DNA of 63,918 nt, filler included, from Octopus bimaculoides (GCF_001194135.2; 7 parts of 6 records of this genome joined end to end with filler, not necessarily neighbours in it), one strand, 5' to 3'. Shown: positions 26,789 to 39,765, numbered from the whole stretch's first letter. Notes: a model not told the origin generated them from the sequence alone. Translations and numbers: made by a program.

Positions 26789-28299
26789 TATGTATATATG
26801 TACGAACGCATGCCTTTAGAATTCGACAAACAAGTTCAGTAATCAGTGCTTAATTTTGCATCAGATGAGAATAAACAGAGATGTCAGTGACTTGCATAGT
26901 GGGCTATGATGAAAGGTATTTTGGAACTCAATCTATTATATCAGGAAAATGAAACTATGGCGTGATGACTGGCATTCGTTACAAGAATCATATTGTGTGG
27001 ATTACTTCACAACCAGCCTTCTACAATGCAATCCAGAACAGTCAATCAATTATACAGACTTTCATTTTGAAAGAAAGAAGAAAATTGAAGACAGCGTTTA
27101 CTGTTCGTACTCGTCGAAATACTTTGCTTATCTCGTGTAGTATGAAAATAGTCTTTTAATTAGACTACTTCGTTGCAGATAATTAACTTTTGATTGATTA
27201 TACTTATTATCAATGACATATCATCTATGATCATTCCGTATTCTAGTATATAAAGACTGATATTGTCGACTGATGTTTTCGTATATTACCAGTCAGAATT
27301 ATCTAATGCCTTGGACGAAAATAGATGAATGTGTTGGCTTTGAAACAACGTTGCTTTGGTGTCACTCCTATTCTACGACAATTAGTGTGTCTTCTAATGA
27401 TGCCCACAGCTGACCAAGATATTATGAGGGAATTAGGTTGAGGGGAAACTGTTGGGAAACCCGTTGTGGTTATGTGCATGTATATGAGCATGTCATTGTA
27501 TTTCTCAACCTGACGTTAGACAATCGGGCTGATCCTGCTTCGTTTACATATATTTCCATTAACAGTTCGGCAATAGGAGGAGAGAATTAGTACCAGGCAT
27601 CAGATAAACACTGTGTTTGACTTCAGCCTGTAATGTCTTCCAGTCACTGCTAGAAATTGACCTTACATCATGTGACTAAAACGATTAAGAAGAATACTTG
27701 GTTAATCCAGGGTTGTATCCGAAAAAGCAGATTTGAATTTTACTTAACCATTCTCTAGATAGTTGTCTTATGCATATTGCCAGGCTGTAATAACTTTCAT
27801 AAACGCTCAGATAGTTTTCTATTAGATAATATTAATTTTCAGACATGTACTTCGAGAATTTCATTATGGAAAATATATTCTCTAGTTTGATTTATCAGGT
27901 TATTGTTTCCCAAAACATATTTCTAGTCAAGTAAAAATATAACAAGAATTTAAATTATCTCTTCTGAAAGCAACGTGTTTATTGCAAAAATATATTCTAG
28001 ATTCATCATTTCGAATTCCAGTCACATTTACTCCATGTTCTCTAATTTCATACATTTGTAAGTTTCTACTTATAGAGATATAAGTAAATAATCTTGCTCA
28101 AGAAAAACTACAAAATCACTTTCAAAAATTACTTTAGAGAGGTGTTCAGAGATGGCTTGGTGGTATTGGCTAGAATAATCTAAAGAAGCAGTATTTAGAT
28201 ATCTATGACATATTTTCTGTGTATAAAATAACTTATTAGAATATTATAGGAAATAAAACCATTCTCACGTGATTTCTTTTAATATTCCGAACAGGAATT

Positions 28300-28510
28300 A
28301 AACGAAAGCGGTAGTTGCTCTCTTCAAATTGCAAGTTCAGATTTATACCTGTAATTATTGGGGCCCAAGGACATGTAACAAACTGCTTAACTACCAACCT
28401 TCAGGAATTAGGCTTCTCAAAACCAGAAAGAAGAAAGCTAATTCGAAAAGTACCAGTCCAATCCATCAGCGGAACTGTAAAAATCTGCAAATTTTTTTTA
28501 GAAGTGTATC
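28300..28510 (+). mobile_element. R4/NeSL-like (RLE-type) LINE C-terminal fragment
   Basis: KFRFIPVIIGAQGHVTNCL...LGFSKPERRKLIRK...QSISGTVKICK resembles the IPVIIGALG C-terminus of RLE non-LTR elements. Confidence 0.7.
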
Positions 28511-29271
28511 CTTAAATATATATGAGCATGTCTAGATATGCAACTATATGCCTGTGAATACGTACATAAAACATACAAAGCTGCACATACATACACACAT
28601 ACATACATACATACATACATACAAACAAACAAAAATAACCTGTTGTTGGTAATGAAATTCCAATGAAGTTTAGAAACCGGTTCTTTTACAAATGGCAAGA
28701 CATCTTGAAATAAACTGAATAATAACATACATAGTATTACGCAGACGAATTCCATGTTTAAGTTCAAATCCCTTTCATATTCACTATCTATTTTCCATAC
28801 TGAACCTATCTAACTTTCATCTCTTGACTCTCTGTGTATGCGTACGTGTGTGTGATGGGTATACCTATGTATCAAGTATGTATAATCCATATATNNNNNN
28901 NNNNNNNNNNNNNNNNNNNNNNNNNNNNNNNNNNNNNNNNNNNNNNNNNNNNNNNNNNNNNNNNNNNNNNNNNNNNNNNNNNNNNNNNNNNNNNNNNNNN
29001 NNNNNNNNNNNNNNNNNNNNNNNNNNNNNNNNNNNNNNNNNNNNNNNNNNNNNNNNNNNNNNNNNNNNNNNNNNNNNNNNNNNNNNNNNNNNNNNNNNNN
29101 NNNNNNNNNNNNNNNNNNNNNNNNNNNNNNNNNNNNNNNNNNNNNNNNNNNNNNNNNNNNNNNNNNNNNNNNNNNNNNNNNNNNNNNNNNNNNNNNNNNN
29201 NNNNNNNNNNNNNNNNNNNNNNNNNNNNNNNNNNNNNNNNNNNNNNNNNNNNNNNNNNNNNNNNNNNNNNN

Positions 29272-29311
<40 letters not shown>

Positions 29312-30849
29312 TGTGTGTGTATGTGTGTGTGTGTGTGTACATATATGTATAGATGTACATATATGTATATATAAATATATATATGTATGTACTTAGACAG
29401 ATAGATAGATAGATGGAGAAAGAAAGAGGAAGAGAGAATATACAATTTTAAATATGCCTGTCTTTTGTGTGTATATATTTGCATAGAGATTTACGCAGGA
29501 ATATAGTGATAAATCTGATAAACCCATATTTATATGTAAATATATAAATAGACAAGGTCGCGGCAAATAGACACGAACAACATTGAATTATTACATATAG
29601 CGTAAATAATAGGGATTGTTCACTTGAGGCAGTGAGTGTGCCTGTCTATGTGTGTGTTTGTGCGTGCGTGCGCATGCATGTGTATGTGCGTGTGTGCGTA
29701 TGCGCATGTGTGAATCTGAAGAAGTGGGAAGGAGAGAAAAACTACACAAAAAAAAAACGGCAGACCCCCGTGAAAGAAGGTTAACTATGTAGAGCGTAAA
29801 ATGATGTTGATATTCGCATTGAAATCCTTAAAGAATTAACGCAAGGCATAAATAAATATTAAAATATATTTCTGCTATTTTTATTTAAAGCTAATAAAAC
29901 AACTACTCGCTGATTGACAAACAGATACGACTCAGAGGCTGTAGTTTCTGAAGTGACATTACTTCTTGTGCTACTTAACATAAATACAGTAGCAATGATT
30001 TCGTAGCACACTGGGTCAAGCATATGTACGACAAAATAGAAAACGAGTAGTTACATATATATATATATATATATATATANNNNNNNNNNNNNNNNNNNNN
30101 NNNNNNNNNNNNNNNNNNNNNNNNNNNNNNNNNNNNNNNNNNNNNNNNNNNNNNNNNNNNNNNNNNNNNNNNNNNNNNNNNNNNNNNNNNNNNNNNNNNN
30201 NNNNNNNNNNNNNNNNNNNNNNNNNNNNNNNNNNNNNNNNNNNNNNNNNNNNNNNNNNNNNNNNNNNNNNNNNNNNNNNNNNNNNNNNNNNNNNNNNNNN
30301 NNNNNNNNNNNNNNNNNNNNNNNNNNNNNNNNNNNNNNNNNNNNNNNNNNNNNNNNNNNNNNNNNNNNNNNNNNNNNNNNNNNNNNNNNNNNNNNNNNNN
30401 NNNNNNNNNNNNNNNNNNNNNNNNNNNNNNNNNNNNNNNNNNNNNNNNNNNNNNNNNNNNNNNNNNNNNNNNNNNNNNNNNNNNNNNNNNNNNNNNNNNN
30501 NNNNNNNNNNNNNNNNNNNNNNNNNNNNNNNNNNNNNNNNNNNNNNNNNNNNNNNNNNNNNNNNNNNNNNNNNNNNNNNNNNNNNNNNNNNNNNNNNNNN
30601 NNNNNNNNNNNNNNNNNNNNNNNNNNNNNNNNNNNNNNNNNNNNNNNNNNNNNNNNNNNNNNNNNNNNNNNNNNNNNNNNNNNNNNNNNNNNNNNNNNNN
30701 NNNNNNNNNNNNNNNNNNNNNNNNNNNNNNNNNNNNNNNNNNNNNNNNNNNNNNNNNNNNNNNNNNNNNNNNNNNNNNNNNNNNNNNNNNNNNNNNNNNN
30801 NNNNNNNNNNNNNNNNNNNNNNNNNNNNNNTATATATATATATATGTAT

Positions 30850-31061
30850 ATGGGAGCACTCCGTCGGTTACGACGGCGAGGGTCCCAGCTGATAAGATCA
30901 ACGGAACAGCTTGCTCGTAAGATTAACGGGCGACTGAGCAATCCACAGACACCTGTACCCCCTGACGTAGTTCTTGGCCGGCCCTTTGATATACAGGTAC
31001 TACTCATTTTTTCCAGCTGAGTGGATTGGAGCAACGTGAAATAAAGTGTCTTGCTCAAGGA
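30850..31061 (-). mobile_element. SINE family C variant (head lost in gap)
   Basis: cagctgagtggattggagcaacgtgaaataaagtgtcttgctcaagg core; tail gagcactccgtcggttacgac. Confidence 0.7.
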
Positions 31062-31381
31062 CNNNNNNNNNNATATATATCTATGATGTGTGTGTGAGAG
31101 AGTGAGTGTGTGTGAATGTACGTATGTGCGCGTGTGTTAAAGCCAAACCTTAGATATATTTTACATATCCCAACTGAGAAGGCCAACACAGCTGATGTGG
31201 AGAAGGGAAATGTAAAGATCAAATATAATACAACAATAACAAATCTAAAACATACACATCACTCAAACAGAAAGTAAATGCACTAAGTTAACAGCAAATG
31301 ACAGCACACAAGCATACACACACAAACAAACATGCACACAGAGGCCGTATATATGTATGCGTAAATATATATTTTCATATA

Positions 31382-31415
<34 letters not shown>

Positions 31416-31515
31416 NNNNNNNNNNNNNNNNNNNNNNNNNNNNNNNNNNNNNNNNNNNNTTAATTAATTAANNNNNNNNNNNNNNNNNNNNNNNNNNNNN
31501 NNNNNNNNNNNNNNN

Positions 31516-31800
31516 CAACAGGTTGTCCCGCAGAAATCTCCAATTGTCTTCCACGTTGTATGATGCTATATCCCCTTCTATTTCGTTAAATGCTTCAAGT
31601 AACTTGTCTCTAAGTCTCTGTCCGTTTGCAGGGTCTTTAAGCTTCCACACCCTTCTTCTCCAAGCCTGTCTAATTCTGGGCACCCATTTTGCCTTGATCC
31701 CAAAGTCGCTAACTACTAATCTATGTTGTGGGGTACATTCTTCGCCAGGGTAGGTTTTGGCATTTATAAGCCGCCCTCTTTCCCTATTTCTGGCGAGGAT
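31516..31800 (-). mobile_element. RTE-clade LINE fragment (end of APE domain/linker)
   Basis: LINAKTYPGEECTPQHRLVVSDF...RRRVWKLKDP...VEDNWRFLRDNLL fits the RTE pattern KVxPGExxxxQHRLVV...WKLK. Confidence 0.8.
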
Positions 31801-32229
31801 GTAATATATATATATATATATATGCACACACACATGCAATTTATTTTAAGTGTTACGCAAGGGTAAAAAGGTTGAGAAACACTGGTTTAGGGGGACAATT
31901 CTTATATATGTATTGGGTTGTCCAGGGGCATATAACACTGTTAAGGCGGCCAACGTATAAGTGATCTTCGTACATAACATTAACTATATGATTCGAAGCA
32001 AACTCATGATTATTTAGATTTTGAAGAAAATGCGTAGGATGGTTAATTTCCACATTTATATATTGATTTAAATATCTGGCGTAGAATTATAAGTCTGTTA
32101 CATAGCTTCAAAATACATAAAGAATCTTGTGTGTGAATGTCGGTGAAGGCTCAGAAAATAAATTAATCGTTCTGGGCTGTCCGGAAATGCAGAGGAATCA
32201 AAGATTTGATTCAAGAATGACAAAGAAAA

Positions 32230-32880
32230 AATTGTATAATTTTAAAAAATGATGATGGTTGTCGCGGTGTGATACTGCTACTGCTGTTGCTGCAGCTGTT
32301 GCTGCAGCTGCCGCTGCTGATAATGATGATGATGACGATGATGAAAGTGGTGGTGATTAGTAGTGGTGATAATGATGATATTAATGACGATGAAGATTGA
32401 GAAGAAAGGGATAGTGGTGATGACGACGATGATGATAATATTGTTGGTGATGATGATGATGCTTGTGGTAGTGGTGGTGTTGTGATGATGATTGTGATCA
32501 TGATGACGACGACGAAAACGACGATAATAATGATGTTGATAATAATGATACGTAATAGCACAATTATATAATTTAATTTTGATGATGTTGAAAAAGTGGA
32601 AAACGGTGAAGAAGATGGCGATGGTGAAATATCACTACAGTCTCCGATGATGATGATGATGATGATGATGATGAGCAGGAGGAGGGTGGTGATGTTGGTG
32701 GTGGTGGTGGTGATGGCCGTATTGTTGTTGGTGGTGGTGCTGCTGCTACCGATGATGATGATGATGATAATCATCATTATCATTATCATCGTCATCATCA
32801 TCATCATCATAATTATCATCAATTATACAATCATAATTGTATCTATAAATTTTGATGATGTGCAAATTAGTGAGAATGAT
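32230..32880. repeat. Compound degenerate trinucleotide region (GAT/GGT/GCT/CAT)
   Basis: Visible low-complexity triplet runs. Confidence 0.85.
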
Positions 32881-33206
32881 GAAGACTGTGTCAACCTGGC
32901 CTTGAATCCTTCAAAATCTCTCTATTTTATCTCTATATTGTACAGAAGTGCGTTTCTTACTTTTTATCTTTCTTTTACTTGTTTCAGTCATTAGACTGCG
33001 GCCATGCTGGGGCACAGCCTTGAAGAGTTTGGATCTAGTTAGTTTCATTCGCAAAATGAACCCCCTTTAATTTTGTTTAGATTGCTTTCAGTTTTGATGT
33101 ATCGATGCAACTCTGAATTTTAATTAAGATCAACCAATTACTTTATCTCGCAATTTAAAGCATCTGATGTCATTTGGAATTAAAGTTGGGAAATTTGGGT
33201 AATTCT

Positions 33207-33254
33207 AGCCAATCAACAGACAGTGTGGCATTAGCAGCTTGTTACCATGACAAC
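33207..33254. promoter_or_regulatory. Candidate NF-Y CCAAT box plus RFX X-box module
   Basis: agccaatca at 33207-15 and GTTACCATGACAAC at 33241-54 (near-palindromic X-box consensus GTTNCCATGGNAAC) in non-repeat-looking DNA. Motif match only. Confidence 0.35.
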
Positions 33255-34117
33255 GACACGCTGTTTTGTGTTTCACTTCACCCGTGTCTTTGCTGCACGT
33301 AGTCCTGTGTTGATTCTTCACACTACCAGATTCTTTTCTTCCGCGTGTTTTGTTTCAATGTTTCTGTGTGTTAGTATATTACATATTTTTCTGTGCTTCT
33401 GTGTGTCAGTATTTTTCTGTGCTTTTTTTGTGTGTTCGTATTTTTACATATTTTTCATTTCATATATTTCTGGGACAAATTCTTTGCTGACCAGTGTTAT
33501 TCTTATCGTAGTTTACAAATCCAAGCATGAAAACGTTACTCAACTTTGGAGTTTTGGAGATAGACACCCTCTTTTCACACACACCCTCTTTTCACACACA
33601 CACACACACACACACATACACACACACATACACACACACACATGCACTTATATATTAATGATGTACACAAATGCATGACAGGTATACATAAAACTGAAAT
33701 ACGCATAAAGTAAACACATGCAAACAAATATGTTAATATACCAAATTTTAAAAAGTATTAAAACCATGCAATCAATGAAGAGGCAAAAGAAACAGTAAGA
33801 TGATACATGATGATTTTATTAGGTATTTCTGTTTATTTAGAAACCTACAATGAACAGGTCATTTCACAGACTCTAAAACTATAAATATCACAGGGTACAA
33901 CCTTAAAGTTGTCAGAGCTCCGCTAAACACAGAAAATTCCTGTCTCGCTATTGGCTAAAAATACAGTTTTTTCGATTTTTAAACCTCTAACTTTTCCCTC
34001 CAAGATTTTTCGCCACAAAATCATACCTTCATAGCAATAACACTGGAAAACTACATCATCATAGCCGATCTTTAGATTTTTTCTACTTCCATTTAAAAAA
34101 TGCATATTTTGTGAATC

Positions 34118-34370
34118 AGTTTAACTAGATCTAAGAGTTTAACTAGATCTAAGAGTTTAACTAGATCTAAGAGTTTAACTAGATCTAACTAGTTCTATAT
34201 TTAAGAGATGAGAAATTATGTATATTATTTACATTATTTACAATTGACGGATATTTGTTCTCATCCTGTTTGTTGTTAATACAACGTTTCGGTTGATATA
34301 CCCTCCAGCCTTCCTCAGGTGTCTTGGGGAAATTTCGAACCTGGGTTCTCATTCCTAAAGTATTTTTCGA

Positions 34371-34456
<86 letters not shown>

Positions 34457-34552
34457 TCACTACCTGGAATTGGACTCGGAATCTTGGGGTTAGTAGCCCG
34501 CGCTCTTAACCACTACACTACATGCACGCGGGCATATGGCGCAGTGGTTAAG
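34118..34552 (-). mobile_element. tRNA-headed SINE-like element containing a hammerhead motif, internal (AAT)n and 18-bp 3' tandem repeats
   Basis: Head tagtgtagtggttaagagcgcgggctactaaccccaagattccgagtccaattcc (A/B boxes); (AAT)n; CTGAGGA-aggctgg...tcaacc-GAAACGTT; about 4 x agtttaactagatctaag at 34118-34189. Confidence 0.65.
34279..34324 (-). ncRNA. Putative minimal type I hammerhead ribozyme
   Basis: acac CTGAGGA a ggctgg agggtata tcaacc GAAA CG TT/gtat: intact CUGANGA and GAAA core; one mismatch each in stems I and II; predicted cut between 34283 and 34282. Confidence 0.6.
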
Positions 34553-35310
34553 TGGTTAATAATAATAATAATAATAATTATTATTATCTTGCATATCTAA
34601 GCCGGACTATAATAGAAGACTTTCCTATGGTGCTACGCAGTGGGATGAACTCAAAACCATGTGATTTGGAAGCAAACTTCTAGCCACACAGCCACGTCTG
34701 CAGTATATTGCATTGAAACAAAAACACAGTTAACGCAGCACTGATTTATTCTTTGTCTTTTCTTTCTTATTTATGAGGGAAATTTGGTTTCTGTTTATGG
34801 CATCTCCGGCTACCAATAGAGGCTCTCTTTCATTAGTTCGTTTGTATTGTTGTTGTTGTCATTGCTGTCGTCGTTGTCGTTGGTGTCGTTGTAGGTGTTG
34901 CTTCCGCTGTTGTTTGGTACAACTAACCCATTATGAAAAGCCTTTCATTGTGACCGTCCCCTCTTTTTCCTATGTGCAAAGAACCTAGAATTACACGATC
35001 AAAATTGCTCTTTTTTAAAGACACAATAGAATGTAATTTCTAGCAAATTTAGTGATCATATAGCAGGTCAGTTGAATTCAGTGGCGGTGAAAGCAGCAGC
35101 TGTCTAGCAACAGCAGTAGCAGCAACAGCAGTAGCAGTAACAGCAGTAGCAGCAACAGCAGTAGCAGCAACAGCAGTAGTAGTATTGGGTGGGTATTGCA
35201 GATAAGAATCTGTATAATTGGTAAGGAACTGAAACAGAAGTGGTTGCATTAGGGAGAATATTGTGCTAAATAATGATAATAATAATAATAATAATAATAA
35301 CAACAACAAC

Positions 35311-35365
<55 letters not shown>

Positions 35366-35493
35366 GCCATCCCTCCTAGGGTCATCTCCTTGACACTGTT
35401 AAGTGGTGTATATAAATCTTGATAACTATTATTGCTACAGTGACAACTATTAATTGCTACTACGAACTGACACGGTAACGAAGCACACGAAAT

Positions 35494-36913
35494 CAGTGGT
35501 TTTCAACCGGGGTCCATATGGCTCCTGAGGGTCCATATTAGATATTTTTTTTAAGGAGTGGTGTCCATTCGGGATCTACAACAATGTTTTAAGGCCCTGA
35601 AAACATTTTGCCTTAGATATATGAATTGGTATGTATTGCAAGAAAAAGATGTCTTTTTCCAACATTTTACATAGTTCAACCTACTTAAATGAAAAACAAG
35701 ATAGCCATTTTCATCGACTTAACAATGATATTTTCCTAGTGTATAATGCAATGGTGCCATCTCACAGAAGTAAAGTTGTCCTCTCCTCACCATCTGGCAA
35801 GGAATCCTTGAAGATCTTGTTTCTGTCCAAGCATAGAAGAACCTCCATCCGTACAACTTTGATGGATCCAAATGTGTTTGTTGAAGGCTTGCACGAAATT
35901 CACGGAATATATCTGTCCTTTTTTTGAGCCATGAATGGAGCGGGAGAAATTCTTCGTAAATCTGGGGGTCTGGCATGATTCTCTTGATGAACAGAGCTAA
36001 TCGGTAATGTTTTTTGTGCTGTCAAGAGTGACAGAGTAGTAAACAAAATCCCTCGACTTACTGAGAAGCTGGTCATGTAGATCACTAGATATGCATTCAA
36101 CTTGTCGAGGTACTGTCGTTGCTGACCTGTATTTTCTTAGGTATTTGTTGAATGCTAGAACAATATCATTCTTTAGTGAAGAATAGCCTGTTATGACAAT
36201 AGCCTGTTTCATGATTTCTCCATCTAAATACAGCTTCATGTGGCAAGCCAGAGGGTAGCTAATCCTGTATGGTGCCATTGCTACATCTTTGGAATCACTT
36301 GTTTGAAGAAACTCGTTTGCTTTGTGCGCGCTGACTTTAAGAACCAGTTGGTAGAAAACGTATTCTGCAGAATGAGTTTTGTAGTGACTCTCAGTACTAA
36401 ATGACTTCAAACTCTTTATCACCAGAGGTCAGAGAAGGCAGTGTGCCTTGCCGTCATTTTCAATCACGAAATATTCTACCCTCCAATTGGCTTCAAATGC
36501 ACAGTTCTCTTGCATAAGTGTATGAGCACTTTTCGAATGTGGTTCCGCCAAGACAGTGGAGGATAATAAATGCGTTGGTGAAAGAATGAATAATTGCTGA
36601 GTGGCTTCTCGCTTTACCAACGCCGGTAATCAAAGGTCAAAACACGAACAGATCAATAATGCTCATTTACTGTTCTGTGATTGGTCTATCTGAATAACCG
36701 TTTTTTGCCAGTGTGTGCGCGTTTGTGTATCCCGTTGTCTACGCTAAAGTCGTCGCAAGCTCGAGCCAGTGAATGAATAAAAACTGTGATTTCAGTTAAA
36801 GATGGATCCATGCTTGAAATTTTTCAAAAAAAATTTATTTTGGTACTAGTATTTATGGATATGCATGAGGACCTTCTAAATATGGGCCTGGAAACCGCGG
36901 TTGAGAACCGCTG
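35494..36913 (-). mobile_element. hAT (Charlie/SPIN/GTF2IRD2-like) element with transposase pseudogene
   Basis: Ends cagtggttttcaaccg / cggttgagaaccgctg. Minus strand: ENCAFEANWRVEYFVIENDGKAHCLL...SHYKTH...YRISYPLACHMKLYLDGEIMKQ...TTVPRQVECISSDLHDQL...FVYYSVTLDSTKNITD...EEFLPL...LDPSKL. No matching 8-bp TSD. Confidence 0.85.
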
Positions 36914-37360
36914 GTGTAAAGACTCCCACGTTGGGGCGAAGCAAATATCAATTCGTAATATAGATACAAGGTCACAAATTTTTGAGAGTACATTCGATTT
37001 AATTGGACTCCGTTAACAACTGGTATTATCTTATTGATCTTAGAAGAATATAAAACAAAGTTGACTTCCTTTGGGATTTAAACTCTAAAGGCAAAGGAAT
37101 GTCTCTAAATGTTGCAAAATATTTAGTGTAGCAGCTATCATCGTCTCCCTCTCTATTGCCATTGTTCATATAATTACCAGTATTGATATCGTAGAATGAC
37201 ACATGGCTACACATGTTATAAATAATAGAAGTGGAATTTGAAGATGTACATGCATTAAAAAAAAAATCATATGCAATATAAGTGGCGAGTCGCGAAATCA
37301 AAGTCACGGACTTTCACACATAATTTTAGGTTTCATTTTTGTGAAAGTATCGGTTTAAAG

Positions 37361-37666
37361 CAGAGGTCCCAACCACTGGGCCGTGAATAGTTTGGTATCG
37401 AACTGCGCAGAAAGAATAAATTTTAAAGTTTTATCTCTGTTTCATAGACTATCGCAATCTGCATGGTGTTTTTGAAAAATGAATACTTCCGTCTGTACTT
37501 CTTTTCTTGCACTTGTCTAAGTGAAAGTTTTTTCTTTCATATACCGATCAATTAAGCCTACAAACAAACTGTAAGAATAATAAAAGCGTATGATCTCCCG
37601 ACGCGTGATAAAATTACTTTGTATGATGCAACCCCCCCCCAAAAAAAAAAACCTTGGGGACCGTTG
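37361..37666. mobile_element. hAT-type MITE
   Basis: Ends cagaggtcccaacc / ccttggggaccgttg; flanks gtttaaag / ttataaag (degenerate 8-bp TSD). Confidence 0.65.
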
Positions 37667-38260
37667 TTATAAAGAACTTAGTCTAGCTTACCTTGATTCT
37701 GAAAGGATTGATATTCGAGATTAAATAATGCAAGACAGGCCTCTGTAAATATTGACATATCCTGACGAGCTTGTGATGTTGATTTTTTAAAATTAAAAGT
37801 ATTAACTGCACCAGAAATGGGAATGGTTTGTATTTTTATTTTACAAAACATCGTTTATACCAGCTGCCAAACGGTTGTTGGAGCTGACATTGCAAAGAAA
37901 TCCCCAAAACTCACTTAAAACTTAAACTTACGAGGCCTAATCATGAAACAGTACATTTGGAGCAAAGAAATAGAGTTGTTTTTAAGTTTTGCTTTTTAAA
38001 AATATTTTTTCCTCCGTAATAGCAAAGGAAATCGTACATCGTTACAGATGGTCTATATTATAGATGAAGCTACTTCTAAGAAATCACATATAATTTCAGT
38101 ACTTACGTTTCCAGTCTGTACGTCAATATTACATTCTTACCATGGTGGTAGATTGTTGTTCTTATTTAACCCAAGGCTAACATTGATCGAGCAAATCTAA
38201 GGCTAAAAGCGTTCAAGCTGTGGGCATCCCTTCTTATATTCAGATATAGACTGTGTAAAG

Positions 38261-38474
38261 CAGTGGTTCTCAACCGGTTTCCATATGATGCTTGGGGTCC
38301 GTTTAAGATTTTGCTGTTAAAATTTATGTGCAATATTTTTTATTCAATTCGTAATATGTAATTATAAAAATATAACAGAATTTTTTTTTAAACATTGAAT
38401 GGCTATGAGGGTCCAGTCGAGTAAAAGAGGAATCAAAGTGGTCCATAGGTAAAAAAAATGGTTGAAAAACATTG
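38261..38474. mobile_element. hAT-type MITE related to the left end of 35494
   Basis: cagtggttctcaacc ... ggttgaaaaacattg; internal ggtcc motifs as at 35494-35560. Confidence 0.75.
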
Positions 38475-38736
38475 GTCTAGGATGGTATTATCCAATGTGT
38501 CTTTACTTTAAGACAGTTATATGGAACTAGTGAGAGGTTTAACAGCTAATGCTGGTTCGGTGGTGCGACCTCCTAAAAGCTCTCTCGGGGGTTCGAAGGG
38601 CTATAGACTGGCAGAACTGGGAGAGCGTTGGACAAAATGTTTCACAGTATTTAAATCCTAAGTTCAAATACTGCCGGTATTTACTTTGCCTTTAAACCTT
38701 CCAGGACCCATAAAATGAGTACTGGGTGCATATAAT

Positions 38737-38791
<55 letters not shown>

Positions 38792-38793
<2 letters not shown>

Positions 38794-39192
38794 TCTTTAC
38801 TCTTTTACTTGTTTTAGTCATTTGACTGCGGCCATGCTGGAGCACCGCCTTTAGTCGAGCAAATCGACCCCCAGGACTTATTCTTTGTAAGCCTAGTACT
38901 TATTCTATCGGTCTCTTTCTCCGAACCGCTAAGTTACGAGGACGTAAACACACCAGCATCGGTTGTCAAGCAATGCTAGCGGGACAAACACAGACACACA
39001 AACACACACACACACACACATATATACACATATATACGACGGGCTTCCTTCAGTTTCCGTCTACCAAATCCACTCACAAGGCTTTGGTCAGCCCGAGGCT
39101 ATAGAAGAAGACACTTGCCCAAGGTGCCACGCAGTGGGACTGAATCCGGAACCATGTGGTTGGTGAGCAAGCTACTTACCACACAGCCGCTC
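38792..39192 (-). mobile_element. Full-length SINE family A
   Basis: Head ggctgtgtggtaagtagcttgct...ggttccggattcagtccc; CORE-like caccttgggcaagtgtctt; internal (TG)n; tail ggtgctccagcatggccgcagtcaaatgac...taaaagagtaaagag. Confidence 0.9.
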
Positions 39193-39244
39193 CTTCGCCT
39201 ATATAAAACTTACTTAGAAAGGGATGCATGGCGATGTATATACA

Positions 39245-39584
39245 TATGCATATATATGGGTACAGGACGTCACAGGACGTAAGCAACATGAAATACGCAA
39301 ACATGGAATACGAACTTTTTTTGCGAACAATAAAAAAAACAAATGGAAAACAAGACAAGCAACATAAAAAAAACGACCCTTCATCAGTTGTCGGCTGTTT
39401 TTCTACTCTGCATTTCGAGCAATTCACGACAAGATACGTCTTCGACAAAACAGTTATGTTGCTATGTCTCGGTTTCCATTTATTTATTTCGTTGTTCGCA
39501 AAACAAGTTCGTATTCGATGTTTTCGTATTTCGTATTTCATGTTGTCTACGTCCTGTGCCGTCCTGTGCCCATATATGCATATG
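39245..39584. mobile_element. Short foldback element, about 125-bp inverted arms, PLE-associated family
   Basis: atgggtacaggacgtcacaggacgtaagcaacatgaaatacg...gcaacataa versus reverse complement of ttatgttgc...cgtatttcatgttgtctacgtcctgtgccgtcctgtgcccat; spacer carries ctgatgaagggtc on the minus strand. Confidence 0.75.
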
Positions 39585-39611
39585 TATATACATGTATATG
39601 TAAGTATACAC

Positions 39612-39765
39612 ATATATGTACGTATAGCAGTTCGGCAAAAGAAACCGATAGAATAAGTATTAGGCTTACAAAGAATAAGTCCTGGGCTCGATTTGTTCAA
39701 CTAAAGATGGTGCTCCGCAACCATGGCCGCAGTAAAATGATTGAAACAAATAAAAGAATAAAAGA
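39612..39765 (+). mobile_element. SINE family A 3' half
   Basis: ccgatagaataagtattaggcttacaaagaataagtcctggg...atggccgcagtaaaatgattgaaac. Confidence 0.8.

Noticed and set aside
32211-32994. 203-aa and 132-aa poly-I/M/S/V ORFs
   Set aside because: Trinucleotide low complexity.
39370-39440. Permuted hammerhead (GAAA before CTGATGA) on the minus strand
   Set aside because: Stems I and III do not close; treated as decayed half-motifs of the foldback family.
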